Below are positions 9,714 to 19,445 of a stretch of 43,028 nucleotides of DNA, one piece after another (position 1 is the first letter of the stretch; every line of letters begins with the position of its first letter). A model generated the notes under the pieces. The model ran no database searches and was not told the origin of the DNA. It saw nothing but the letters and a program-made list of their open reading frames with translations. The translations under genes were made by a program, and so were the position numbers. Where the stretch lies: sequence record SRR22947727_155; one strand, given 5' to 3'.

Positions 9714-10700
9714 TTATATTCTATATTGGGCATCACAAAATTTAAAAAGAGAAAGAATTTCATTTTTAGTGTTATCATAAGTAATACCCATGACTTTTGC
9801 TAATTTATCATTACTGTAAATTAGATTTGATTGGATAGATTCTTTGTTTGATGAAGTTACTTTTTTTCTTTCAATCTTTATTTTTCGCCCATATGTCTCT
9901 TTATAATAATCAGCTATAAGTAAAGCCATATCGTATATTGATAATGATGAAGCAGATCCAATATTAAAAATTGGTAGATCATCAAAATCTTTTTGTTTTT
10001 CATATAATAAAAAAAACTCCACAATTTTACTCAGATCTTGGATGGGTATAAAGTTTCTATACTGAAGTCCACTTGTTCTAAGATTTATTTTATTAGATAT
10101 AATTGCTTGCCTACATAAGTCATTGACAAATAATGACCAACAATCAATATTTGGATCTATTGGGGCACCAAAACCATTTGAAATACGAAATACAATGCCA
10201 TTAATTTCACCTTTTTGAGTTTGGTACAACACAGCATCTTCACCAGACTTGTGACTTGTGGCATATGGATGAAGATTGGTGACCTGGCTATTCTCATTAA
10301 TAATCCCTGAAAGATTTTTGGAATAAACATGGGCTGTAGAAAAATAAATAAAATTAGTTACGTCACATGATATTGCACTTCTTAACAATCTAGCTGTAGC
10401 AACTCCATTAAACTGGATGGCGTTTATAGGGTCAGATGCACAAGAGTTTGCATTTATACCTGCAGCATGAATTACAACATCGCAGTTTTTGCAGGCTTTT
10501 TTGATGCTTAGCTCATCGTTCCAGTCTATTTTATATATATTTACGTTTTCTAAGTACTTGTAAGTTTTATATTGATTTCTCGTAGTAACAATAACCTCAT
10601 GATTTATTTGACTTAAATACTGAGCCAATCTTCCACCCAAATACCCTAATCCCCCGGTAATTAAAATTTTCAAGTTTAACCTTTCGTATCCCAAGGACAA
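9714..10700 (-). CDS. NAD-dependent epimerase/reductase (extended SDR), probable NDP-4-keto-6-deoxyhexose reductase
   Basis: ITGGLGYLGG, FSTAHVY, YATSH (YxxxH variant), RISNGFG, RNFI; true start probably the TTG at LKILITGG near 10673. Confidence 0.85.
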   Translation of the reverse strand: MSLGYERLNLKILITGGLGYLGGRLAQYLSQINHEVIVTTRNQYKTYKYLENVNIYKIDWNDELSIKKACKNCDVVIHAAGINANSCASDPINAIQFNGVATARLLRSAISCDVTNFIYFSTAHVYSKNLSGIINENSQVTNLHPYATSHKSGEDAVLYQTQKGEINGIVFRISNGFGAPIDPNIDCWSLFVNDLCRQAIISNKINLRTSGLQYRNFIPIQDLSKIVEFFLLYEKQKDFDDLPIFNIGSASSLSIYDMALLIADYYKETYGRKIKIERKKVTSSNKESIQSNLIYSNDKLAKVMGITYDNTKNEILSLFKFCDAQYRI

Positions 10701-11446
10701 TCATCAGACTTCCAAAGTTTCTCAAGTAATTCATGATCTCTTTTTGTATCCATACATTGCCAAAACCCATTATGCCTATATGCCATTAACTCACCCATAG
10801 AAGCTACCTTTTCGAGTGGTTCACGTTCTAACATTATATTATCTCCACCAATCAAATCAAAAAATTTAGAATTTATTACAAAGAAACCACCATTAATCCA
10901 GCCTTCATGCATTTGAGGTTTTTCCTTAAAAAGTGAAACTTTATCACCATCCAATTCTAGTTCTCCAAACCGTGCAGTTGGTCTAACAGCTGTCATAGTC
11001 ACCATTTTTCCGTGTGTTTCATGAAATTTTACCAATGCATTTATATCTACATCAGATAGTCCATCTCCATAAGTTAATAAAAACGTATTATCTTTTATAT
11101 ATGGCTGTATCCTCTTAACTCTTCCTCCCGTCAAAGTATTAAGCCCAGTATCAATCAATGTTACTCTCCATGGTATACTTGTTTTTTGATGTTGAGTAAC
11201 ATCTCCATTATTTAGGTTGATTGTAAAATCTGAGTTTAACAAGTGATAATTTGAAAAGTACTCTTTAACTTTTTTCGCTTTATACCCCAACGCAAAATAA
11301 AAATCATTGTGCCCATAATTGGAAAATATATTCATAATATGATTTAAAATCGGCTTATCTCCTACCTGTATCATAGGTTTCGGAATAGTTTCAGTGTGCT
11401 CTGAGATCCTAGTTCCAAATCCACCTGCTAAAATAATGACCTTCAT
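10676..11446 (-). CDS. rfbF: Glucose-1-phosphate cytidylyltransferase
   Basis: ILAGGFGTRISE, PKPM, DTGLNTLTGGR, LTYGDG, WINGGFF, HNGFWQCMDTKRD; near rfbG. Confidence 0.96.
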   Translation of the reverse strand: MKVIILAGGFGTRISEHTETIPKPMIQVGDKPILNHIMNIFSNYGHNDFYFALGYKAKKVKEYFSNYHLLNSDFTINLNNGDVTQHQKTSIPWRVTLIDTGLNTLTGGRVKRIQPYIKDNTFLLTYGDGLSDVDINALVKFHETHGKMVTMTAVRPTARFGELELDGDKVSLFKEKPQMHEGWINGGFFVINSKFFDLIGGDNIMLEREPLEKVASMGELMAYRHNGFWQCMDTKRDHELLEKLWKSDDCPWDTKG

Positions 11447-11455
11447 AATTTAATC

Positions 11456-11905
11456 TTATTTATGTTTTATATTCCAATCGTATGGAATTGAACTATCGTT
11501 ATATTCTTTTCTTATGATTTCTTCCTGACTATGTGGAACTGTTGAACAATTGGCAATAATTGATGTCTCAGTGCCTATGCCCTTAAATCCATTCCAGATG
11601 CCTGGTGGGACAGTAACTAATTGATAATTTTCAGTTGAAATAAAAAACTCCTGCACTTCTTTTTGCGTTGGACTATTATGTCGATCATCATATAAAACAA
11701 ACTTTATCGATCCATAAATAACTGCATAATTCAATGTCATCTCCTTATGCATATGCCATGCTTTAATTGCACCTGGATAAGTGCATGAAAAATAAATCTC
11801 TCCAAACTTTGAAAACTGAGTGGAGTCACTTCGTAACATATGCATCACTTTTCCTCGTTCATCAAAAATTTGTTTAAGTGGAGTAATCTTAACGCCCTGA
11901 ATCAT
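11456..11905 (-). CDS. RmlC-like NDP-4-keto-6-deoxyglucose 3(,5)-epimerase (cupin)
   Basis: DERG, FGEIYFS, IKAWHMH, VLYDDRHNSPT, VPPGIWNGF, IPYDW. Confidence 0.88.
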   Translation of the reverse strand: MIQGVKITPLKQIFDERGKVMHMLRSDSTQFSKFGEIYFSCTYPGAIKAWHMHKEMTLNYAVIYGSIKFVLYDDRHNSPTQKEVQEFFISTENYQLVTVPPGIWNGFKGIGTETSIIANCSTVPHSQEEIIRKEYNDSSIPYDWNIKHK

Positions 11906-12963
11906 TCATATTCCTTAAAATATTCATCAATTTGTTCTTTTGTCACATTTTCTACATTTTCGCCAGATACAACTCTTTTATACCAATCAGCAGTAACTTT
12001 AAATGTTTTTTCAAGGTCCCAAGTTGACTTCCAGTTTAATTCTTGATGCGTTTTATCACAATTCAGCTGAAGAAGACCAGCTTCATGAGGTTGATTTAAA
12101 TCTGGTTTCTCAATAATACTTCCTTCTTTAAAATGAGTTACAATTGATTTCGCAAGTTCTCCTACTGTTGCTGTTTTAAAAGTGGATGGACCAAAATTCC
12201 ATGAACCAGAAAATTTAGATGGATTACTATAGAGTTTTAAAGCTAATAAAAGGTATCCTGATAATGGTTCAAGAACATGTTGCCAAGGTCTTGTTGCAAG
12301 AGGATTTCTTAAAGTAATAGGAATATCCTGATCAATACATCTAATACAATCTGGAACAATTCTGTCGACAGACCAATCTCCACCTCCAATAACATTACCA
12401 GCTCTGACGGATGCTGCACCTAGTAGTGAATTCATTTCAATAAATGACTTGGAGTATGCAAAAAAAACATGTTCTGCAGCAGCTTTAGATGCACTATATG
12501 GATCTCTACCACCTAATCGATCGTTTTCTCTATAACCCCATACCCATTCATTATTTTCATAACACTTATCAGAAGTTACATAAACTAAAGCCCGTACACT
12601 TTTTGTAGCTAAAACCGCATCTAATATATTCACTGAACCCATTACATTGGTTTCAAAAGTATTATGTGGATCGTTATATGAAGGTCTAACAAGAGCTTGT
12701 GCAGCTAAATGAAATACATAATCTGGCTCAAATTTTTGAACAGCTGAAATAAGTTCCTCTCGATTCCTGATGTCACCTTCAATTTGTGTCATTTTGCTCT
12801 TAAGTTTTAAATCATTATAATGAGATTTCTCATTTACCATTTGTGGAAGGGCATAACCCATAACTTTTGCACCGCTAGATGTAAGAATATACGACAACCA
12901 AGTTCCTTTAAATCCTGTGCTGCCTGTAATAAAAATACGTTTATTTTTAAAATTACTTAACAT
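11902..12963 (-). CDS. rfbG: CDP-glucose 4,6-dehydratase
   Basis: TGSTGFKGTWL, FHLAAQALV, TSDKCY, DPYSASK, RAGNVIGGGDW, ATRPWQHVLEPLSGYL. Confidence 0.97.
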   Translation of the reverse strand: MLSNFKNKRIFITGSTGFKGTWLSYILTSSGAKVMGYALPQMVNEKSHYNDLKLKSKMTQIEGDIRNREELISAVQKFEPDYVFHLAAQALVRPSYNDPHNTFETNVMGSVNILDAVLATKSVRALVYVTSDKCYENNEWVWGYRENDRLGGRDPYSASKAAAEHVFFAYSKSFIEMNSLLGAASVRAGNVIGGGDWSVDRIVPDCIRCIDQDIPITLRNPLATRPWQHVLEPLSGYLLLALKLYSNPSKFSGSWNFGPSTFKTATVGELAKSIVTHFKEGSIIEKPDLNQPHEAGLLQLNCDKTHQELNWKSTWDLEKTFKVTADWYKRVVSGENVENVTKEQIDEYFKEYE

Positions 12964-13136
12964 CAGATTGATAAATTTTTTTTAAAATATGTTTATGATT
13001 ATAATTATCTATGATATATATGACATTAATATAACTTTTAAAATTAAAAAATTTTTTATTAATAATATAATTAAATTATTCTAAATATTGGCAATTATCT
13101 TGATTATGTTTAATTTAATTCCTACAAATTAACATC

Positions 13137-14015
13137 ATGGGAATAGATAATCATGTTTTAAAATTCTTAAAATATTCAAGTATTAAAAAAAAATTTAATC
13201 TTACAATCACAGTTGGTCGTCAAGAAATTAAAGATACAGATGAAAATTTAAAGAAACTCTTAAATAATCAATATTATCAAAAAAGTAAATACTCTGAAGA
13301 ACTGTTAGCTGAATATTTTGGGTCAACAAAAATCGATTCTATTGACAACAATAGCTTTGAAAATGCAACACATATTCACAACATGAACAACCCTCTTCCT
13401 GAGAAATTATTAAAAAATTATGACACAGTTATAGATGGTGGTTGTTTAGAACATATATTTAACGTGCCACAGGCATTGAAAAATTGCTCTTTTTTATTAA
13501 AACCTGGTGGCCAAATCATTCATATTTTACCTGCAAACAATTTTTGTGGACATGGATTTTATCAATTTTCTCCTGAACTATTTTTTTGTGTTTACTCAAA
13601 TAAAAATGGATACGATGAAACTGAAATTTTCTTAGCAGATTTAACTGATATTAATCATTGGTATAAAGTAAAAAAACCTGAAAATGGTGAAAGAGTGAAT
13701 GTTAGAAATTCAAATAATCTCTATATATTAATTCGAAGTGTATTAAAAAGTAATAATTTTGATCATTCTAATATTCAACAAAGTGACTATGTGTTTAAAT
13801 GGAATAGAGTTGAAAAAAATAAACATCAGAAAAACATAAATAGATTAAATATAAAACAACAAATAAGACAATTTCCCTTTTTATATGAAATTATAAAGTC
13901 AATTTATCAAAAACTATTAAAACCTATGATATTATTCATATTTAGACAAGCAGATGGCTTAAATATAAAAAATCCAGGTTTAGTCAAGCTTAAGATAAAA
14001 GAATTAATTAACTAA
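13137..14015 (+). CDS. Class I SAM-dependent methyltransferase-like protein
   Basis: YDTVIDGGCLEHIFN, LLKPGG, NNFCGHGFYQFSPELF. Confidence 0.8.
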   Translation: MGIDNHVLKFLKYSSIKKKFNLTITVGRQEIKDTDENLKKLLNNQYYQKSKYSEELLAEYFGSTKIDSIDNNSFENATHIHNMNNPLPEKLLKNYDTVIDGGCLEHIFNVPQALKNCSFLLKPGGQIIHILPANNFCGHGFYQFSPELFFCVYSNKNGYDETEIFLADLTDINHWYKVKKPENGERVNVRNSNNLYILIRSVLKSNNFDHSNIQQSDYVFKWNRVEKNKHQKNINRLNIKQQIRQFPFLYEIIKSIYQKLLKPMILFIFRQADGLNIKNPGLVKLKIKELIN

Positions 14016-14074
14016 TTAAATCAAAATAAAAAAATTAATTCATTTAAAAAATATGTAAATATTTTTATTCGATT

Positions 14075-15313
14075 TTAACTTTTTAATAAGTTTTCATATA
14101 AGTTAATATATTTTTTTACAGAAATTTTATCAGTAAAATTTTTTATAAACTTCTTTTTTGACTCATATTTCATCAATGAAATATCATATTTTTTATTTAT
14201 TAGATTTATCATTAGTTTAGCTAAGTTTTTACTATCACCCTTTTTAAATAAAAAACCAGTTTTTAAGTGTGTAATTTGTTCTGGTATACCTGACAATTTA
14301 CTTGCAACAACTACTTTGCCAAGGCCCATGGCTTCTAATATTACATTTGGAAAGTCTTCGTTATTAATTGAAGGCAAAACAACAAAATCAAGTACAGAAA
14401 TAAAATCAATAATATTTTTTTCAACTCCAACAAAAACACAATATTTTTCTAAATTTTTAATTTTAACCTCATTTTCTAGCTCTTTCTTAAGCTCACCTTT
14501 TCCCTCGATTAAAACTATGAAATCATTTATTTTCTTTTTAAGTATTTCTTCTATTGCACTGATTACGATTTTATGCCCTTTTCTGGGTATTAATAAAGCA
14601 ACAACACCAAAAATTGTAGTCTTTCTTCCTTTTAGCCCTAACCTATGTCGGGTATCATTAATAGTTTCTTGAGAACTTCTTAATTTTATTCCATTATGAA
14701 TATTTATAATTTTATTATCATTCAAAGATAAAACTTTATTTAGTCTATCCTTTGCTGCTACTGATGCTGTAATAAAAAAATCTACTTTTTTAACTATAAA
14801 TCTATCAACTGGATAATCGAGAATTCTAGTTAGGCTAGAATAACTTTCAGCCAAATTATTTACTACAAAAATTATTTTCTTAACTCCAGACAAGCTAGCT
14901 GCGATAACAGCAGATTTGGCAGACATTGTTGCTGGATAACCGCCACTATTAATATGAATAATATCTGGTTTAATTTCTAAAAAAAGTTTTGTCAAAACAA
15001 AAGTATCATAAACTAACAGTGGTACATTCGTAAAAATTCTAATTATTTTAACAATTAATTTTCCTAATTGGTAATTTTGTAATTTTTTAATCAATCTTAA
15101 ATTATTTAAATATGGTAACTTTAGAGGATAACATCTAATTTTTGGTTTTATTCTGCTGTGAAAACCTTTTTTATATTCATAAGTATCTCTGTAACTAAAA
15201 GATAATTGAAAATTATTTATTAATTCTTTTGACGTAAAAAAATTAACTAGCATATTTTCGCATCCAGCAAAAAATTGACAATCTGAATGATAGTGAATTT
15301 TTTTTTTTAACAT
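14075..15313 (-). CDS. Glycosyltransferase family 4
   Basis: FAGCE, IHNG, RKGH, LPSINNEDFPNVILEAMGLGK, GIPE. Confidence 0.92.
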   Translation of the reverse strand: MLKKKIHYHSDCQFFAGCENMLVNFFTSKELINNFQLSFSYRDTYEYKKGFHSRIKPKIRCYPLKLPYLNNLRLIKKLQNYQLGKLIVKIIRIFTNVPLLVYDTFVLTKLFLEIKPDIIHINSGGYPATMSAKSAVIAASLSGVKKIIFVVNNLAESYSSLTRILDYPVDRFIVKKVDFFITASVAAKDRLNKVLSLNDNKIINIHNGIKLRSSQETINDTRHRLGLKGRKTTIFGVVALLIPRKGHKIVISAIEEILKKKINDFIVLIEGKGELKKELENEVKIKNLEKYCVFVGVEKNIIDFISVLDFVVLPSINNEDFPNVILEAMGLGKVVVASKLSGIPEQITHLKTGFLFKKGDSKNLAKLMINLINKKYDISLMKYESKKKFIKNFTDKISVKKYINLYENLLKS

Positions 15314-16236
15314 TAAGATAAAAAAGATGAAGCTATATTTTTTAATCCTACTTCAAGGTTTGTTTTAGGATGCCAGCCAAGTAAATTTTTAGCTTTTTGG
15401 TTTGATGTAAAATAATTCATAACTTCTGTTTTTCTATAATCAATACCTCCAAATTTCAGCAGTAATTCTCCATCTTTTTTTATTAAATTAGCAAGCTTTA
15501 TTGCAATATTTTTTATTTGGTACGACTTTCCATAAGTAATGTTAAAAATATCACCTACTCCTAAATTTTTATTATTTATCAATATAATTATAGCCTCTAT
15601 TAAATCATCAATATAAATATAATCACGATACTGTTCTCCCATAGTCATCTTAAAGTTTTTTTCTTTTCTAATTGAGTTGGCTAATGATGGCAAAAACATA
15701 CTTTCATCCTGACCTTCACCATACACCACACTTGGTCTAATTATAACTGAGGGATAATTTTCTTTAAGGTATAATGCTTTTAGTTTTTTTGTTATTGAAA
15801 GTTTGGATAAACCGTAAGAAGTTAATGGTCGTTCTAATTGATTTTCTTTGAACGAATTTTTTTGTATTCCATATTCGTCACAACTACCAAAAAAAATAAA
15901 CTTTTTTAGAGACTTTAAAGTCCTACTAGCTTCAATGATATTTGAAGAAATTTGTAGATTTAAAAGATAAATTTGGTTAGATATCCCAATTTTTTCATTT
16001 CTTTGTTTAGAATAAGCAAGATGTATTATAATATTTGGATCGATATTCATTACGACCTGCTTTAGAAAATTTAAATTAGTTAAATCTACCAAGTGAATTT
16101 TTTGACTGTTTTTTGAGCTTACATTGTTTTCTCTTGATATACTGTGAATTTCAAACTTATTTCCATACTGTGATAGAGCCTTAACAAGATTTTTTCCTAT
16201 AAAACCATTCGCTCCTGTTACCAAAACTTTAATCAT
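15313..16236 (-). CDS. NAD-dependent epimerase/reductase (extended SDR; CDP-paratose/abequose synthase-like)
   Basis: VTGANGFIG, GSCDEYG, YGLSK, RPSVVYGEGQ, MTMGEQYRDYIYIDD. Confidence 0.85.
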   Translation of the reverse strand: MIKVLVTGANGFIGKNLVKALSQYGNKFEIHSISRENNVSSKNSQKIHLVDLTNLNFLKQVVMNIDPNIIIHLAYSKQRNEKIGISNQIYLLNLQISSNIIEASRTLKSLKKFIFFGSCDEYGIQKNSFKENQLERPLTSYGLSKLSITKKLKALYLKENYPSVIIRPSVVYGEGQDESMFLPSLANSIRKEKNFKMTMGEQYRDYIYIDDLIEAIIILINNKNLGVGDIFNITYGKSYQIKNIAIKLANLIKKDGELLLKFGGIDYRKTEVMNYFTSNQKAKNLLGWHPKTNLEVGLKNIASSFLS

Positions 16237-16261
16237 AATTTATATCAGATAATACAAATCA

Positions 16262-17059
16262 TTATTTTTTTAACTTTAATTTTAAATAATGATAGGCTGG
16301 TTCAAATTCATTGGTTATTTTTTTTGGTGAACAATCACCTAAATGCGCTGGGTCTACTAGTTTTTTATTTAATAATCTTCTAAATATTTTTCCACCAAGG
16401 GTGTAAATAATTCCATAAGTTTCTGATCTTATTTTATCCAACCAAAATCTACGTATAAAATTTCTATATTCAAAAATTTCTTTTGAATCCTTTTTCATAG
16501 GATGTGTTCCTAAATATTCTTCAATCAACCAATCAGATAAATTTAATAATTCATAAAGTTCCTCTTTTGTAAACTCAGTTTTGTGGTACGGATTATGAGG
16601 TAATTCATTTTTATTTTTAAAACTAAACCCATTTGGTGTAGATAAAAAAAAAATAGAATTAGTATGACATAATTTTGCAAGTGCATTTAAAAACTTTAAT
16701 GGGTCTTCAACATGTTCAAGAGTTTCAAATGAAGTTATTACATCAAACTTTTCATTGCTGCTAAAATTATAAATATTATCTTCCTGGTATAATATTGAAT
16801 CATGATTGTAATACTTTTTTGCTGTATTGATAGCGTTACTTGACAAATCTAATCCAACGACTTTTTCTGCACCAGCTTTGGCCATAATATATGATCCCCA
16901 ACCAACACCACATGCACAGTCGAGAACTCTTTTCCCTTTTACAAATTGCAATACATTTATATATCTCTTCTGATCAATTATATTTTTGTACATAAAATCT
17001 GGCCTTACACCAGATTCATTTGAAGCTAACTTATTTTTAATTTCAGAATTTTTAGTCAT
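16262..17059 (-). CDS. Class I SAM-dependent methyltransferase
   Basis: VLDCACGVGWGS, FDVITSFETLEHV, STPN, NPYH. Confidence 0.92.
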   Translation of the reverse strand: MTKNSEIKNKLASNESGVRPDFMYKNIIDQKRYINVLQFVKGKRVLDCACGVGWGSYIMAKAGAEKVVGLDLSSNAINTAKKYYNHDSILYQEDNIYNFSSNEKFDVITSFETLEHVEDPLKFLNALAKLCHTNSIFFLSTPNGFSFKNKNELPHNPYHKTEFTKEELYELLNLSDWLIEEYLGTHPMKKDSKEIFEYRNFIRRFWLDKIRSETYGIIYTLGGKIFRRLLNKKLVDPAHLGDCSPKKITNEFEPAYHYLKLKLKK

Positions 17060-18008
17060 TAGTTTTTTTCCAATTCAAAAACCATTTTGTAAAATCCTCT
17101 AAACCTTTTTCAAAATTTGTATATAAATTAAAGTTTGTTAATTTTACAATTTTTCTTGAATTGGAGAAAGTTTTAAATGCCTCAATATTAATTTTTTTCA
17201 TATATTTTACTTTTGTTTTCCTGTTTAGTAATTTAAAAAGAGTATTAAGCATTTCATTAGTTTTAACAGGTTCTTGATTACCAATATTTAGTATTTCATG
17301 ATTATGTAATTTTTTATTAAGTATTAAACGCTTTATAATTTCAACAATATCAAAAACACTAGTCATATCCCTTAAATTATTGCCCTTATTAAAAAGATGT
17401 ATTGTTTTTCTTTCTAATATTCTTTTACTAAAATCAAAATAAGCCATATCTGGTCTTCCATATGGTCCATATACTGAAAAAAATCTTAATCCCGTAACTT
17501 TTAAACCAAATTGTTTAGAATAATAACTACCTAACAATTCATTTGTTTTTTTTGTCAAGCCATAAAGTGAATTTGGTTCTGTTGGACTTTTTTCTTCAAG
17601 TTTTTTCTTGCTCTCTTTATAAACTGAACTTGATGATGCATAGATTAAATGTTTAATTTTAAAAAATTTTGAACACTCAAGAATGTTGTAAAAACCCTTT
17701 ATATTTGTATCAATATAACTTGCTGGATTAATCAATGAATATCTAACTCCAGCTTGTGCTGCTAGATTTATTACAACTTCTGGTTTATGTTTTTTAAATA
17801 TTAGATTTAGAGCTTTAAATTTTTCAATATCTTTTTTATAAAAAATATAATTAGAATTTTTTTTTAATATTGAATTTCTCAACTTTTTTAATTTATTGTC
17901 GTAATATTGATTAAAATTATCTATTCCAATTATTTGGTTTTTTTCTAAAAGTTTTTTACATAAATGAAATCCTATAAAACCTGCTGATCCTGTAATTAAA
18001 ATTTTCAT
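17052..18008 (-). CDS. UDP-glucuronate 4-epimerase-like SDR
   Basis: TGSAGFIGFH, IDNFNQYYD, NLAAQAGVRYS, YASSSSVY, YGLTK, LRFFSVYGPYGRPDMA. Confidence 0.9.
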   Translation of the reverse strand: MKILITGSAGFIGFHLCKKLLEKNQIIGIDNFNQYYDNKLKKLRNSILKKNSNYIFYKKDIEKFKALNLIFKKHKPEVVINLAAQAGVRYSLINPASYIDTNIKGFYNILECSKFFKIKHLIYASSSSVYKESKKKLEEKSPTEPNSLYGLTKKTNELLGSYYSKQFGLKVTGLRFFSVYGPYGRPDMAYFDFSKRILERKTIHLFNKGNNLRDMTSVFDIVEIIKRLILNKKLHNHEILNIGNQEPVKTNEMLNTLFKLLNRKTKVKYMKKINIEAFKTFSNSRKIVKLTNFNLYTNFEKGLEDFTKWFLNWKKTND

Positions 18009-18053
18009 TGCTTAATTTGTTAACTATAAATTATATTAAATTCATCTGACAAC

Positions 18054-18983
18054 TTAGTAAAGTTTTTTTTTATCTTTAGAAAATTCATTAATTCTTTTGA
18101 GATATAATTTAATTAAAAAATTACTTTTAAAATAAAACAAAGGAAAAACTATCATAGTTAATAGTGAAAATAAAAATTTAATATATTGTTTTTTAAAAAA
18201 AAATAACTGCAATAAGTGATAAATTTGTATTAATCTCATAAAATTATTTTTTATTCGATTAAAAAATATTGGCTTGTTCTTTTCTGCATACATAAGGTTT
18301 TTAAGAATATCAATTTTTGAAATAAGTTTGTTTTGAGCTGTAATACTTTGACTATATCTTCTCCAAAAAACCCAGTCTTTATTTATAAATAAAATCTTGT
18401 TGAAAATTGAGATCTTTAAAAATAATCTCCAATCATGTCCTGTTAATAAATTCTCATCGTAGGGGCATTTAAATTTTCTAAGAATGTTTCTATTAAAAAT
18501 GCTTCCAGAGTGAGCACATGGAAATGTATAACTTAAAACATGGTTAATACTACCTGATTTTATTTTAAAAAATTCTTTTTTTTTTAATTTTTTATTTTTC
18601 TCATTTATGGGTATATAATTTCCAACTATTACACCGAAATTTTTATTGTGACTAATTTTATCTTTAACGTCTTTTAACCAACTTGGACTAACTAAATCAT
18701 CAGCATCTAAAATACCAATATAACTACTTTTGCAAAATCTTAGGCCATAATTTAAAACTACCGGTCTTGTTAATAATTTTTTTGTATTAAATACTTTGAT
18801 TTTTTTTGAACTTTTATTAATTTTGTTCAATAACTTTGTGGTATTATTAGATGAATAGTTATTGATTATTATTAAATTCCATCTTTTATATTTCTGAGAT
18901 TTAAGACTATTGATTGTTTGTGTTAAATATTTATCTCCATTATGAATAGTCATTAAGATATCTATTTTGCATTTTTTTGGCAT
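18054..18983 (-). CDS. Glycosyltransferase family 2
   Basis: ILMTIHNG, INNYSS, ILDADD (DxD), HSGS, GHDW. Confidence 0.88.
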   Translation of the reverse strand: MPKKCKIDILMTIHNGDKYLTQTINSLKSQKYKRWNLIIINNYSSNNTTKLLNKINKSSKKIKVFNTKKLLTRPVVLNYGLRFCKSSYIGILDADDLVSPSWLKDVKDKISHNKNFGVIVGNYIPINEKNKKLKKKEFFKIKSGSINHVLSYTFPCAHSGSIFNRNILRKFKCPYDENLLTGHDWRLFLKISIFNKILFINKDWVFWRRYSQSITAQNKLISKIDILKNLMYAEKNKPIFFNRIKNNFMRLIQIYHLLQLFFFKKQYIKFLFSLLTMIVFPLFYFKSNFLIKLYLKRINEFSKDKKKLY

Positions 18984-19074
18984 ATAATATTTTATATAGA
19001 ATTTTGCTATTTTTTTATAATCTAATTTTTTTTTTTAAAATCTTATTCTTCATCAATTTAAAACTTGCAAAAAA

Positions 19075-19386
19075 CTACTCTATTTCTACTTCTTGAATTA
19101 ATTTCATAATTTGATCATTAACCAATCTAGATCCTTCTAAAGAGAGATGATCATCATCATAATAAAATATATGTTTATTATCATGTGTTATGCATCTTCC
19201 GATAATACTATTACAAAAAATTTTATGTGGATAGACTCTATAAATATTTGCATTATTGATAGAATTTAGTAGCTCAAAACTTGTTTTAGTTTTTTCTTTA
19301 TAAACATTATATAAGGTTATAAATTTCTCCACTTCAAGTTTTTTGGGGTAACCTTCAATTTCTGAGCGGTACCTGATTGCTGACAT
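19075..19386 (-). pseudogene. Internally deleted OafA-like AT3-SGNH O-acyltransferase remnant
   Basis: N-terminus MSAIRYRSEIEG resembles the AT3 start motif YRxEIDG(LR); it runs straight into an SGNH C-terminal tail (FC...RC...FYYDDDHLS, DxxH); no TM segments; only 103 aa. Confidence 0.75.
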
Positions 19387-19445
19387 TTAATCTATATATA
19401 ATTTAGGTTTTAATGATTTCAAAATGAGATAAAAAATAATTCAAT

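Noticed and set aside
14016-14074. Possible bidirectional terminator between convergent genes
   Set aside because: Only an imperfect, almost all-A/T inverted match; not distinguishable from chance
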